A stretch of 64,000 bases of DNA from Bugula neritina (Eukaryota; Animalia; Bryozoa). The position numbers and the translations under genes are program-made. The DNA lies in assembly GCA_964035545.1 (NCBI GenBank), contig OZ037768.1:21671319-21735318 (forward strand), written 5' to 3'. This document shows, one piece after another, positions 24,084 to 35,950 of this stretch; within the stretch, counting starts at the first letter, position 1, and each line of letters starts with the position of its first letter. Below the pieces are notes generated by a model, which saw only the letters and a list, made by a program, of their open reading frames with translations, did no database searches and was not told the DNA's origin.

Positions 24084-27000
24084 CTAGTATAGTTCGTATT
24101 GTTCATATTTAGCTGGGGTTTTTGTTTGTCTTGACCGTTGCCATCTAACTGGGGCTGGATCAGGGTTTGTATTCACTTCTGTAGGAATTGCTGTTGCGGC
24201 TGATTGAATCTGTGCGTCTGGAACAGAATGACTGGAAACTGGGTCATTGGCGTCTGTTGGTATTTCAACTGTAGTCAATGGCTGACTAGCTTCCACATCA
24301 CTCAGAGGGCGCAAATCGGCCCTGTTTCGCCTCACAGCCATGTCTGTGTCTTTGTTTGAGACAAGGTATGATCGGTCCGACAGCTGTTCAACCACTCTAC
24401 CCTGCTGCCATCTAGTCTTTTGTGACACAAAGTCTCTCAGCAGCACTGGCGAGCCAATAGCCAACTTTGTCAAATCTTTAGCTGATTTATTGTAGCTGCT
24501 CTGTACCACTTTTCTCTTGTTAGCTTTTTGCTGTAAGACATTGTTCTTTGGCATGTCACCTGTAGGAAGAATAGACCTCGTGGAATGCCCAAACATCCTC
24601 TGAGCTGGTGATGAGGTCATCCCTGCAGTCGGGGTATTTCGATACTCTAGCAGAGCCAAATATGGGTCTTCTGCTCTCTTCATCAGCCTTTTGATTATTT
24701 TAACTGCTGCTTCTGCCTTCCCATTCGACTGCTGATGTCCCGGAGATGAGGTTGTATGGCTGAAACCCCATTCAGTGCTAAATCGAGCAAAGTCGGCCGA
24801 GGTGAATTGTGGTCCATTGTCTGATTGAAGCTGGTGAGGGATCCCATACCTTGCGAAAGTTTTCTTGCAAGCCTTGATTACTGCTCTAGATTGTGTATCA
24901 GATAGAGGTTCACATTCAAAGAAGTCAGAGTAATAATCTACCAGCATCAAATAATCCTTATGCTTATAGGTTAGTATGTCCATGCCTACTTTACTCCAAG
25001 GTAAGTCTGGTATGTCATGGTTTTGCAGAGACTCATGCTGTTGTAAAGGTGCATCCATTGCACATGTGACACACTTGTCAGTTTTCATTCGAATGTCCTC
25101 AGCCATTTGAGGCCAGAATACCGCATTGCGAGCTCTTCTGATAGTGGCAGCTGTTCCTTGATGGCTAGTGTGAAGCTTGTTGAGTATCTCACCTCTGGCA
25201 GCTATGGGCACAACCAGTCTAGATCCTTTATAAATAATCCCATCTAGTACTGCAAGTTCATCTTTGTATGAATAGTACGGCTTCACCTCTTCTGGAAGTT
25301 GAAATAATTTGTTAGGCCATCCTGAGGTTATCAGAGATTGCAGCTGCACCATTACTGGATCATTACCCGTATGCTGTTGGATCAGTTTATAGGTCGCTTC
25401 TGACACTGGCAGGTCTTGCTTCAGACCCGTTTCGCTTAGGTCAGACATAAATGACTTTAATTGATTAACTGTGAAAATCTGTTCTTCTGATGTATTGTTC
25501 TGGGGTTCACCAACAGGAGCGCGAGACAGCATGTCTGCTGTAACTTGTTCAGAACCAGGTTTGTAGTGCACTTTAATTTGGTATCTTTGCAGAGCTAATA
25601 GCATTGATTGCAGGCGTTTAGGCGCTTTGTTCAGAGGCTTCTTAAATATTGTTTCTAAAGGGTGGTGATCCGTGTGTACAGTTACATCTGGATTTCCAAA
25701 AACGTACTGATCGTATTTCTGCATCCCATAGACGATGGCCAGAAGTTCTAGTTCAATAGGTGCGTAGTTTTTCTCACTATCTGTCAAACTTCTAGAGCCA
25801 TAGCTTACTGGTTGCCCCTCTTGTAAAAGTACAGCTCCGAGCCCTTCTAGACTTGCATCAGTCTGTACAACTACTGGCTGGTTCATGTTGAAGTATTTGA
25901 GTGAAGAAGTTTTCGTGATGAGTTTTTTAATCTCATCAAACGCTCTCTTTTGATCTTGGCCCCAGACAAACTCTTCCTTGCTTACACCAATCAGCCGTCT
26001 TAGTGGTTCACATTCAGCAGAGCAGTGAGGTATGAACTTTGATAGGTAGTTCACATGACCAAGAAACCTCTGTATTTCTTCACTGTTGACAGGGGGCTTC
26101 ATGTCCGTTATGGCTCGGATTTTATTAGGATCGGGCTTCACTCCATCTTTTGTTATCAAATGACCAATATAAGGTAGCTCTTCTAGAAGAAACTTACATT
26201 TTTCTTTGTTTAGCTTGAGATTAACCCTACGTGCTCTGGCTAAAAGTTTTTCGAGCTTTTGGTTATGGTCTTGCACTGCTTCCGCTTGAGTAGCTCCTTT
26301 CCCATAAATTAGGATGTCGTCTGCTACTACAGTTACTCCGTCGAGACCGCTAAGTGCATCTGAGAGTCTCCTCTGGAACTCTTCAGGACTTGAGGACAAC
26401 CCAAAAGGCATCCTCAGCCATTTGTATTTGCCAAATGGCGTCCAGAATGTAGTTAAATCACTGGACTTTTTGCTGAGCTTTATCTGCAGAAAGCCGTCCT
26501 TGGCATCACACAATGAGAATACTCGAGCACCATCCAGCTCGCTAAGCACATCGTCCAGCGTCGGCATTGGAAAATGATTTCTTTGAATCACTTGGTTTAG
26601 GTTACTTGGGTCTAAACATACTCTCAGTGTGCCATTGGGTTTTCTCACAGCCACATGATTGTTTATCCAAGCTGTTGGATAGTCTACTGGACTTAAGATA
26701 CCTTTCTGGGTGTATGACTGCAATTTTTGTTTGAGATCAGCTACCATCGAGAGAGGCGTCTTTCTGTTGTGACTTTGTCTTGGGATAGCCTTATCATCTA
26801 TTTCAATATGGTATTCCCCAGGCAAACATCCAATACCTTCAAAAACCTCTGGGTAGCTTCCGAGAATGTCATCTAGGCTGGCATTGCTTATTAGGTTAAC
26901 CCACTCCTCTTTAATGGTTATCAAACCGAGCTGAAGAGCGGCCTCACCAGATAGAAGGCTGTGATTTTGTGTCTTGTGCACCAGAAAATACAGCTTCTCT

Positions 27001-28070
27001 CCAGCTACTTCCAGTTCGCATCCTCCTAATGCTCGAGTGATAGAACCATCAAACTGCTTTAGTCTTGTCTGGTTGTTGTCAAGCTTTGGCTTACCGAGAT
27101 CAACAAAATCTTTGTGATTGAGAATGTTACAGGATGCTCCTGTGTCAATCTGAAACTGTGTCGGTTTGTGACTATCATTCACACTGGCTCTTATAGTTGT
27201 CATCAACTTTTTGTTCTTTCTGACTACCTGTATGCTCAACAACGATTCACTTGAGCCATCACTGTCTTCTTCTACCATGTTTACTTGCTTCTTTGAGCGA
27301 CATTGAGATCTCCAATGGTTATACTTTTTGCAGTTATGACACTGGTGACCGTATGCAGGACACTTTCTGGGAGGGTGAGACTGCCCACAGTTGCCACAAC
27401 TTCCTTTTGAGAAGTTTCCTGTTCGAGTGGACCTTACTGCATTATTATCATCATCATCTTTGCTTGGCTTATTATGCTTCTTTCTGGAACCGATGAACTG
27501 CACTGATTCTTCAGACTGGATTGCAGCCATGTCATTCCTTGAATTCTCAGCAATACGACATTTCTTTATAGCTTCTTCTAGTCCTAAGCCAGTATCCCCG
27601 CTGGCATCATCAAATAGCTTCCTTCTTAGTTGGGCATCGTTGATGCCCAGGAGTAAAGCTTGAAGCATGAAATCGTCATACATTGTGTCCAGTTGACACT
27701 CTCGAGCGATTTTGTGAAGAGAGGTGACATATTCATCAATGTTCATGGTATTCTGCTTGGTTGATAACAGTTGATGTCTTTTTACTACTTTATTAGTGCC
27801 TCGTTGACAAAAAGCATCAAACTTCTCCACAACATCAGCATAGACTTCTTTTGATTTACCATCTGAGAAAGTGAATGTTTTGAATATGTCGTTGCCTCTT
27901 GGGCCTATGCATCTTAACATAATGGCTACTTTGACTTTATCATCAGAATTTGCTTTCTCAGCTGCTGTGAGGAATAGCTCAAATTCTTCTTTAAATCTCG
28001 TCCACTGGTTGGACAAGTCAGAGCCATCTTGAATAGGCTTGGGGGCTAAAAAGTCAACACTGATACTCAT
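24084..28070 (-). CDS. Gag-Pol polyprotein (gag, 2 Zn knuckles, protease, RT, RNase H, integrase), ~1328 aa from the first ATG
   Basis: CGNCGQSHPPRKC and CHNCKKYNHWRSQC; protease IDTGA; RT RVCLDP..LN, MPFGL, VVADDIL; RNase H TDAS..GLGAVL; integrase H-x3-H...CVTC, MD, SDNG, SNGKAE. Order PR-RT-RH-INT is the Ty3/Gypsy order. Confidence 0.97.
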   Translation of the reverse strand: MSISVDFLAPKPIQDGSDLSNQWTRFKEEFELFLTAAEKANSDDKVKVAIMLRCIGPRGNDIFKTFTFSDGKSKEVYADVVEKFDAFCQRGTNKVVKRHQLLSTKQNTMNIDEYVTSLHKIARECQLDTMYDDFMLQALLLGINDAQLRRKLFDDASGDTGLGLEEAIKKCRIAENSRNDMAAIQSEESVQFIGSRKKHNKPSKDDDDNNAVRSTRTGNFSKGSCGNCGQSHPPRKCPAYGHQCHNCKKYNHWRSQCRSKKQVNMVEEDSDGSSESLLSIQVVRKNKKLMTTIRASVNDSHKPTQFQIDTGASCNILNHKDFVDLGKPKLDNNQTRLKQFDGSITRALGGCELEVAGEKLYFLVHKTQNHSLLSGEAALQLGLITIKEEWVNLISNASLDDILGSYPEVFEGIGCLPGEYHIEIDDKAIPRQSHNRKTPLSMVADLKQKLQSYTQKGILSPVDYPTAWINNHVAVRKPNGTLRVCLDPSNLNQVIQRNHFPMPTLDDVLSELDGARVFSLCDAKDGFLQIKLSKKSSDLTTFWTPFGKYKWLRMPFGLSSSPEEFQRRLSDALSGLDGVTVVADDILIYGKGATQAEAVQDHNQKLEKLLARARRVNLKLNKEKCKFLLEELPYIGHLITKDGVKPDPNKIRAITDMKPPVNSEEIQRFLGHVNYLSKFIPHCSAECEPLRRLIGVSKEEFVWGQDQKRAFDEIKKLITKTSSLKYFNMNQPVVVQTDASLEGLGAVLLQEGQPVSYGSRSLTDSEKNYAPIELELLAIVYGMQKYDQYVFGNPDVTVHTDHHPLETIFKKPLNKAPKRLQSMLLALQRYQIKVHYKPGSEQVTADMLSRAPVGEPQNNTSEEQIFTVNQLKSFMSDLSETGLKQDLPVSEATYKLIQQHTGNDPVMVQLQSLITSGWPNKLFQLPEEVKPYYSYKDELAVLDGIIYKGSRLVVPIAARGEILNKLHTSHQGTAATIRRARNAVFWPQMAEDIRMKTDKCVTCAMDAPLQQHESLQNHDIPDLPWSKVGMDILTYKHKDYLMLVDYYSDFFECEPLSDTQSRAVIKACKKTFARYGIPHQLQSDNGPQFTSADFARFSTEWGFSHTTSSPGHQQSNGKAEAAVKIIKRLMKRAEDPYLALLEYRNTPTAGMTSSPAQRMFGHSTRSILPTGDMPKNNVLQQKANKRKVVQSSYNKSAKDLTKLAIGSPVLLRDFVSQKTRWQQGRVVEQLSDRSYLVSNKDTDMAVRRNRADLRPLSDVEASQPLTTVEIPTDANDPVSSHSVPDAQIQSAATAIPTEVNTNPDPAPVRWQRSRQTKTPAKYEQYELY

Positions 28071-28160
28071 CTTGATATTGTGATTTTTTGTTGTTTTTGA
28101 TTTAGTTGTATTGTTTGTTGTCTCTCTTTCCAGCAAACACTTTACTTTTAGTTTCTTTAA

Positions 28161-28179
28161 GTCCTCACTCGGGGCACCA
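28161..28179 (-). promoter_or_regulatory. Primer-binding site, complementary to an elongator tRNA-Met-like 3' end
   Basis: TGGTGCCCCGAGTGAGGAC immediately follows the 5' LTR and complements ...CCTCAC[A/T]CGGGGCACCA. The tRNA identity is recalled, not searched. Confidence 0.75.
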
Positions 28180-28374
28180 TGTTTATGCTATGTTTGCTTT
28201 ATAGATTCAGAGACCGGTCAAAGAGTTTAAGATAGTTTATTGCTCAAGATATTAAAGGTCCACTCTGGATAGATCTAAAAGCACAAACTGACTATTATTA
28301 ATAACACGAATAACATAGTATAAAGTATAAACCTTTACAAACAAAGACAAAGCTTATTCAGCATATCATCAACA
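28180..28374 (-). repeat. 5' LTR
   Basis: Identical to 23622-23816. Contains TCAGTT and AATAAA on the element strand. Confidence 0.97.
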
Positions 28375-29854
28375 AGCTAGGCAGCAGGTTAGAATAGAGT
28401 AAATTTTTAAAACATGAAATCATGATTTGACTATTGTTTTATTTAGGCCAACCAACCTAGGAATACAAGATTGGGTTTTAGCTGACAGTTTATAACATTT
28501 AGCTTTTGAGCCAGCAGCACTGGCACTTGTGAAGTATAGGCAAAGTTAGTGAAGCGAGACTAACAAGCACTCAAATACAAGGCATATTGAGACGCAATAA
28601 CAAGTCAGGAGCGTATAAATTAAAAAGAATGTGGAAGGGGGACTATGTTTTTCAACAAGCTATAACTTAAACATGAATTGGCTTTTGAAAAAAATAAAAA
28701 AGTATATTGGAGAACATAAGTTTCTTTATCTTTTCATATTTTTTTTGTTCCTGTGACATTCAACCTGTTCGAGCTATCAGTGGTACATTGTTCATATAGA
28801 ACATAAAGCACCTGGCAAAGAGCCAGAAAATGAAAAGTATGACTGTGTAAAGCAAGTAATTATGCACCTTAAGCTAAACTCAAGCTGACTTATTGCACTA
28901 ACCTCTTACTAGAACTTTTTAAACATTCTATTTAAATGTTATATATAATTTGTCTTAAATGACTACTGTTAGCACTTGTAGTGATAGGTCACATTTTTTC
29001 AGTAAATTTAGCAACCATTTGCCTTGTGGAGAGCACAACTGCAAAACAAAGCAACCTTGGGCTATTATTTCATTAAATTAATTTGACAAACCAATTGAAT
29101 AGCATCTGGTAAACTTTTGTAACTTCAACGTTTTGCTTGGATTGTCATTTTCAAATTTTCAGTTTTAAATATATGTATAATTATTACTAATACTAGATAC
29201 AAAAATAATTAAAACTAAATCATTGTGGTTGGAAATGTATAAAATTGTATTGGCAAATTAGCAGAATTTAATGAAAAGCATTAACTATACCCATTAGAAA
29301 ACTACAAGACTATTTCCAGCGTGTAAAAGTCCAACATGGGGTAATGTTTGCTAGCATAGCTTATGTCTTTACACCAAACTATAGCATAAAGATCCTCTAT
29401 ACTTGAAGTAAAGGGATTTCAGTTCAAACCCAAAATTACAAGTCAGGTATACCAATAAGATTAAGCCAGGCAATAGCACCTTTGTACACATCGAAAAACA
29501 TACGAATCACTTTACATGGGCACTATTTTATATGCATTTACACATAAATTTAAACATAGTAGTCAATAATATATATGCAGCTAATAGTAAACTAATAAAA
29601 TATTGTGTAGTCCTAATAAATAATGATTAAGAATAGCTAAGTTAGCAACTTATAAAACATGTAAAATACAAAATAAATAAATACAGCATGTCTATTTGCT
29701 ACCAGTAGCTAAGACTTGATAGTGATACACTAAATAAGAACTTCATATAATGAGAGGCAATTCTATAAGGCAAAACACAGACTTTAACTTATAATTCTAG
29801 AAACATTGACGTGCTCTAATGCAATGGAGCAATGATCTCTTACAGAATTCAATA

Positions 29855-32800
29855 TTACTCAGTGGAAGGCATTTTATTTCCAGCATCAGATGATACGTTG
29901 GAATATTCTGATTGGACATTATTAGCAGTTGCATAGTGATTAGAATGGTGTAAGCCTACTTCTGCTGGTAGCACATGTACATTGGCAGAGCTAGCAGGAA
30001 GTAACAGTTCTGTAGACGCAATTGAGTTCTGTCCACAAAACTTGTGGGCGGAAGACTGATTGATAACCGGAAGCGGATAATTATTACTCGAATAGTTTGG
30101 AATGGTTCCACACCTTTGTTCCATATTTGAAGTGGGAACTGTAGCACCAGGCGCTTGATTTGATCCTGTAGACATTATTGTACCGTATCCATCATAAAAC
30201 CTGCTGTCTTGAGCAGCATTAGGATATGATGAGGGTAAATGGCCAATATTAAACTTGGGTGAGTTGGTCAGATGATTATTAATTGTTGATGTATGTGGCA
30301 TGCATTGGATTTGATGATTGTGAGGTGCAATAGAAGTTTCCTGCAAAGTGCTGCAAGAAGCTGCAAGTGGCTGTGTATATGTCATGTTAGATTCATCCAC
30401 AATACATGAATATGGATGTATGTAAGAATTATGCTGAGAAGTACCAGGAGGCGGACAAGATGGCTCTATAAAATGAGAACCAAGGACAGACGATGTAGAG
30501 CAAACAGGGAGCGGTTCATTATTCACAGACTCCATATATGGAACTGCAAGAATAGCATTAGCATCAGGTTTGTGGTGATTGGCTATACCAGAACAATTAT
30601 AAGGACTGCTGTGATTAGACATAACAACTACAGGTTGAGAATTACTTCCAGGAATGTTAGGATCTGTTCCAAATAATGAGTCAAGGTCTTGCTGGTTGCT
30701 GTTTCTAACAAAATCAGCATCAAAGTTTTCAGTATCACTAGTACAATTCAGAAACATCTCATCGAGGTTATTAGTCGAAAGTGTCTGTGTAAATGATGCA
30801 GAAAACTCATCAGTTAAATGATTTGACGATGAGTTTCGAGAAAGAGGGGCATTTTGTGTGTTCACATGAAGTGGTGCTTCTTGTGCGCTGAGTGGAATGG
30901 ACAAAGTATCTGCATTAATTAAATTCGATACTTGTTCCCTATTTGTTTGGTTATGTGTTTGTCCAAATGCTGTAGAAAACTCCTCCATTAAATGTGTTGA
31001 TGAAGAATTCTGGGAATAAGAAGCATTATGTGTATTTACAGCAAGTGTTTTTTGTGTACCGACTGGAATGGACAAATTCTCCTTATTAATCAAATTTGAT
31101 ACATTTTTCCCATTCAGATGTTCAGGTGTTGGTGCAAATGATGTGGAAAACTCTTTAGCTGAAGGTGCTGGTGAAGCAGTTTGAGAAAGAGAAGCATTTT
31201 CTGTACTTACAAAAAGTGATGTGTTTTGTGTATTGACTGCGTTTATTAAACTTGATACATCATTTGCGTTTAGAATACCAGCTGTTTGCGAAAAAGATGT
31301 AGGAAACTCTTCAGTTAAATGAGATGACGAGGAGTTCCGGGAAATAGAAACATTTTGTGCATTTACATGAAGTGGTACTTCTTGCGTGTTGGATGGAACA
31401 GACAAATTTTCTGTATTGATTAGATTTGACATGTTTTCCTTGTTTACATGGGCATGTGTTGTTTGTGTAAACTGTAGAGAGAAATCCTCAGCTAAATGAA
31501 TTGAAGAGGAATTCCGTGAAAGAGAAACAGTTTGTGCATTTGCATGAAGTGCTTCTTCCTGTGTGTTGGATGGAATAGAAAAACTCTCTGTATTGATTAA
31601 ACTTTGTACACTTTCCTCGTCCATATGTTCATGTGTTTGTACGAATGATGTAGAAAACGTTTCACCTAAATGATTCATTGAAGAGTTTTGAGAAAGAGAA
31701 ACATTTTGTGTAGTAACATGAAGTGGTAGTTCTTGTGTATTGATCAAACTTGACATGGTTTCCTCGTTTAGATGGGCATTTGGTGTTGGTCCAAGCTGTA
31801 ACGAAAAATCCTCAGTTAAATGAGAGGATGAAGAGTTCCGAGAAATGGGAGCATTTTGTGTATTTACATGACATGGTGTTTCTTGTGTGTTGGATGGAAT
31901 CGACAAATTTTCTGTATTGATTAAATTTGACATGGTTTCTTTGCTTAAATTGGCATTTGTTGTTGGTCCAAGCTGAAAAGAGAAGTCCTCAGTTAAATGT
32001 GTTGATGAAGAGTTTCGAGAAATGGAAGTGTTTTGTGTATTTATATGAAGTGGTACTTTTTGGGTGTTGGATGGAATGGACAAATTTTCTGTATTGATTG
32101 AATGTGGTACATTTTCTGCATTCATATGGTTATGTGTTTGCACAAATGTAGAATATCCCTCGGTTAAATGGGACGATGAAGAGTTCCTAGAAAGAGAAGC
32201 ATTTTGTGCGTTTGCATGAATTGATACTTCTTGTGTGTTGGAACAAGTGGAAGAATTTTCAGTATCCATCAAACTTGATAGACTTTCCGCATTTACATGA
32301 ACAAGTGTGTTTTGGTTGCTTATTAAATTAGATATATTTGGTATGCTAACTGGAACGGAGACATGTTGAGTATTAAGTGCAGGGCTGTGTACGGTAGGTG
32401 ACGTAGTCTGGCTATTTACCATGGACACTCCCTTTGACTCACTGGCAATTGCAGAAACAACTGGTGAAGCAACCGATAAGTTCTTCAATTCAGATTCTTT
32501 AACCAGGTTTTGCAAAACAGGCAAACTCGTGACACTACTCGTGGTTGCTTGTGTCGGCACAGATATTGGGGTTTCGGAGTTACATACCAGCTTTTCAGTA
32601 CTAACTCCGGCAGCAGTAAGATCATGGTCTGACTCGGCAACCTAAAAGCAACAAAAAAAAATTCTCATTACATACAACGAGTTTTAGATCTGTAAAAATT
32701 TTAAGCTCACTAAAAACTATACTGAAGGAAGTTTGGCTTCATCGGAGTGAAACGTAAATTTATTATTTTTTTAAATCAATAGTTAATATAAACAACCCCA

Positions 32801-35800
32801 AAAGTCTGTCATTTCAAGTTGTTCATGCTTTATTGATATTCACTCTAGTGCATTCGTTAGAACTTCTGCCAACGCATGCTGAAAGTTACATTTCATACAC
32901 ACCCACAGAAATGTTGGATGTAAAAAGACCTGCAATGAACTCCGGACCATTACATACAAAAATAACCTTATGACATAAAGTGACCATGTGATCAGATCAA
33001 CCTAATGATTGTAATGACCTGATTACTGATCATTTCAATTCAGAAAAAATTATACCCATTTTATATAGGTTTAAAATGAGGTATTCAGGGCTTCAGTTTA
33101 GCTAGTCTTATTAAATCAACAAATATGTAAATGTTTAAAATTCTTTGTCCCTTGATCACAGCACTTCATTTGAAACTAAAAGCAGACAATATAAGCAGCG
33201 TGCTTGCCTGTGAAGTAATAGAATTAAAGTTAAAACTTACAGTTGTGTATGTTTTATTACCTGTAACGAATCATTCATAGGGGCAAGTGGTTGGAATAAA
33301 TCAGCTTGACTCTTAATTTTGTTTTTTGCCTCTTTTTCATGAACAGCTGTATGAAACTTCAGGTTTTGTCTACAAAGCCATATAGTTATTTACATAAACT
33401 TGTATTGCTCTTTGCAAAACACTTAATTATTAGTTGGTAAAGAAATTCAACAGCTTATCCAGAATATTACAAAAGGAAGTTGAACCTCGCCTGACTGGGG
33501 AAAGTTCTGAACTCACTACAAGTTTAACAAATACTAGATACTAAACACAGTTTAAGTCATAACCTCCAGGAGCTCAAGTTGACTCTAATTCTAAATGATT
33601 TTACTAAAACTATATCCACACACATTGAAAACTCTTAATTTTTCTAATAACGATGCAAACTGATGCAAACTGAGATGTCGAGCTGTACTAACTTTGTAGC
33701 AAATGTCCTAGGGCATCGGTCACACTTGAACGACTGAGGATTGATGTGCTTATATGTGATGTGCTTATTCATTGACGCGAGAGTCTTGAAAGGTGCCTGG
33801 CAGTGTTGACATCTATACATCTTTGAATTATTATTGTGTACTGCCCAGTGAGCTACCAGATGCGACTATGCACAGCAAAAACCACACTTAGATGGTATTT
33901 CCACATGAAAATGATGAACAAAATAGTGCAAATATTGCAAAGACATCATTAGAGCATCTACATTGCAGTGTTTCAGTGACATAATCATAAAGCACTGGCT
34001 ACACAGCAATAGTTGATTAAATTCTAAATAATATTCTACTAAGCAGAAACTATTACAGAGCAGCCGTAGTCTAGGGGTTAGAGCAATTAGCTTAGTAAAC
34101 GCAAAGTCATGGGTTAGATCGCCAGTAAAGGCTATTGGTGATGTTAGGAAGAGCATCCAGTCAAAATTGCTCTTGTGTCACATATGAATAATTGTCCTTA
34201 GCCCACGTCTTTAAAAAAAACATTCCATCAGAGGTTTCTCACAGGGATAGTGACTATAAACTTGCGCGTGTTTTCAAACAGAAACCATTGCACTAGATAT
34301 TGAAATTCTATTGTATCAACCTTAGATTTGAAGGATTTCTGGCACTTGGTGCAGGTGTGAAGTCTGAGGGTTCCCTGGCCATGGACAATCTTCTTGTGAC
34401 TCTTCAGAGCATCAGATCTGTAGAAGGACTGACCACACAACTCGCACAGAGCTGCCTTCACCTTACAGTGAACAGTCTTCAGGTGCCGAATGTAAGAGGG
34501 CAGGTTCTCAAAGCTTCTACGTAACACAAGATAAAGTAAGTGAGAACTCTGCTACTTGGTGCCGTGTTCATGTGTGTGTAAATTATAATGGAAAATAACA
34601 TTTACAGTATATACCTAATATATATGCAATAGAAAATAAATCTCAGTATGCAGGGGGTAAAATCAACCCATGTGCATTATGTAGAATTCAGTGATACATT
34701 TTCTCTATCACTCTATCATTTATAATGTTTTTAGTGCGCTAAACACTATGCTGGTGGAGTAAATATCAAGCAATACAAAAAGTGAAACATAAACTTTAAT
34801 CATTTTCAGGACAACTAATTCTTGCGTCGAGTGATGATCGTTTGCTCCATTCAAGCACACCCATGAATATGTTACACTCACGAGACACATTACCTCGGAA
34901 TAACACAGTGAGGCAGATTATTTCACCAAAAATACAGCTAATATTGTTAAACATTGATAAAATTATATCAATAGTCACTACTTTTAAGTTGACATATATA
35001 AGTATCTCACCTACTGTTACAAAGTCTGCAGGTAAAATTCATGCTCTTGTCGCCATCAATATTCTTCCTTTCAGTTCTGATGTGTCTGCGATAGTCAGTC
35101 ACATCCGCAGTGTGGAAGTCACACTTTGGACAGTACATAGTCACAAGAAGTGACGTCCGCCTGGTTCAGATGAATAGTAAGATAAACAAGTCAGCTGTTG
35201 GTTTTAGGAGTTGCGTTCTAATTTGATGCTTCATCTCATAAAACCGATATAACAAGATATGTACAGAAATAAGTTCGTTTTTACAATTGAAGATAAAGCA
35301 TATTTTACAGCTTTGCAACTATACAAATATTTTAATAACTTGATGCACATAACATTTAATACCCTAAAAATGTTATATTGTCAGTTGCTTTAGAATCATA
35401 CTCTAAGAGTTCAAATTTTACTGCAAGCTGCTTACTCTATCATGTAATTTTCAGTTATTTGCATAAGTTTATGTCAGCTGCAAGCAAAAGAACAAAAAAT
35501 CCAGACAAAAGTTGCAGAACGTGCTCAAAGCTAAAAGCTGTTATATAAGATGCTGCCAACACCATAACTTTCTCACACATTAGCATCTTGTGGTGGCTTG
35601 TCTATAACCAAGGCTGCCGCATCTCTCTCCTGTCTGGACACATACAATGGAAACTCATCTACAAACTTGGCCAGGCTCTTGATAGTTCCAGACGCTGTAA
35701 ACTCACCTCCTTCTATAATTGAGTAAAGGGCTCAAAATTTTCACTATTTTAGGAAATTAACTAGAGTTTGTTCAAACTGTAAACATTTAATTTTCAAAGT

Positions 35801-35950
35801 AAAGTTTATCAACAAACCAGTTTCCAGAAGAACCAAGCTAAACATTTTTTCAGCAGCATCTGCATACTTTGTTAGCTTTTGAGGTAAAGAATTAGCATAA
35901 TCATTAGTGAAAAAAACTGTGGCTTCCTGGAACATTTGGTGACCAGCCAT
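29855..35950 (-). CDS. C2H2 zinc-finger protein (~1227 aa) with a long S/N/T-rich repetitive C-terminus; exons 35950-35818, 35712-35577, 35160-35011, 34516-34321, 33865-33693, 33369-33261, 32641-29855
   Basis: Five canonical fingers (CRLC..HLKTVH, CELC..HKKIVH, CTKC..HWAVH, CQHC..HITYKH, CDRC..HTAVH) plus one degenerate finger. Three fingers are reconstituted across phase-consistent GT-AG junctions. Confidence 0.82.
30780..32330 (-). repeat. Coding tandem repeat, ~177 bp / ~59 aa, about 9 diverged units
   Basis: Recurring LINTENLSIPSNTQE-PLHVNxQNxSxSRNSSSxHLTExF in the last zinc-finger exon. Confidence 0.9.
34058..34256 (+). mobile_element. tRNA-derived SINE, diverged copy 1 (intronic)
   Basis: A-box-like TAGTCTAGGGG, degenerate B box, then GATGTTAGGAAGAGCATCCAGTCA-AATTGCTC...TTCTCACAG-GATAGTGACT, shared with 51583-51770. 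Confidence 0.6.

Larger units (their letters stand above)
23622..28374 (-). mobile_element. Complete Ty3/Gypsy LTR retrotransposon (Mag-like, single ORF)
   Basis: Identical 195-bp TG..CA LTRs, 5-bp TSD AGCTA (23617-23621, 28375-28379), PBS and PPT present, uninterrupted gag-pol. Confidence 0.98.

Noticed and set aside
26314-27663. Plus-strand ORFs within the Gypsy element
   Set aside because: Short antisense shadows of gag-pol without recognisable motifs.
35577-35950. Bicistronic mRNA / independent 90-aa uORF ahead of the zinc-finger CDS
   Set aside because: A good GTGAGA donor before the TGA joins the exon in frame to the finger exons, so a single protein is more parsimonious.
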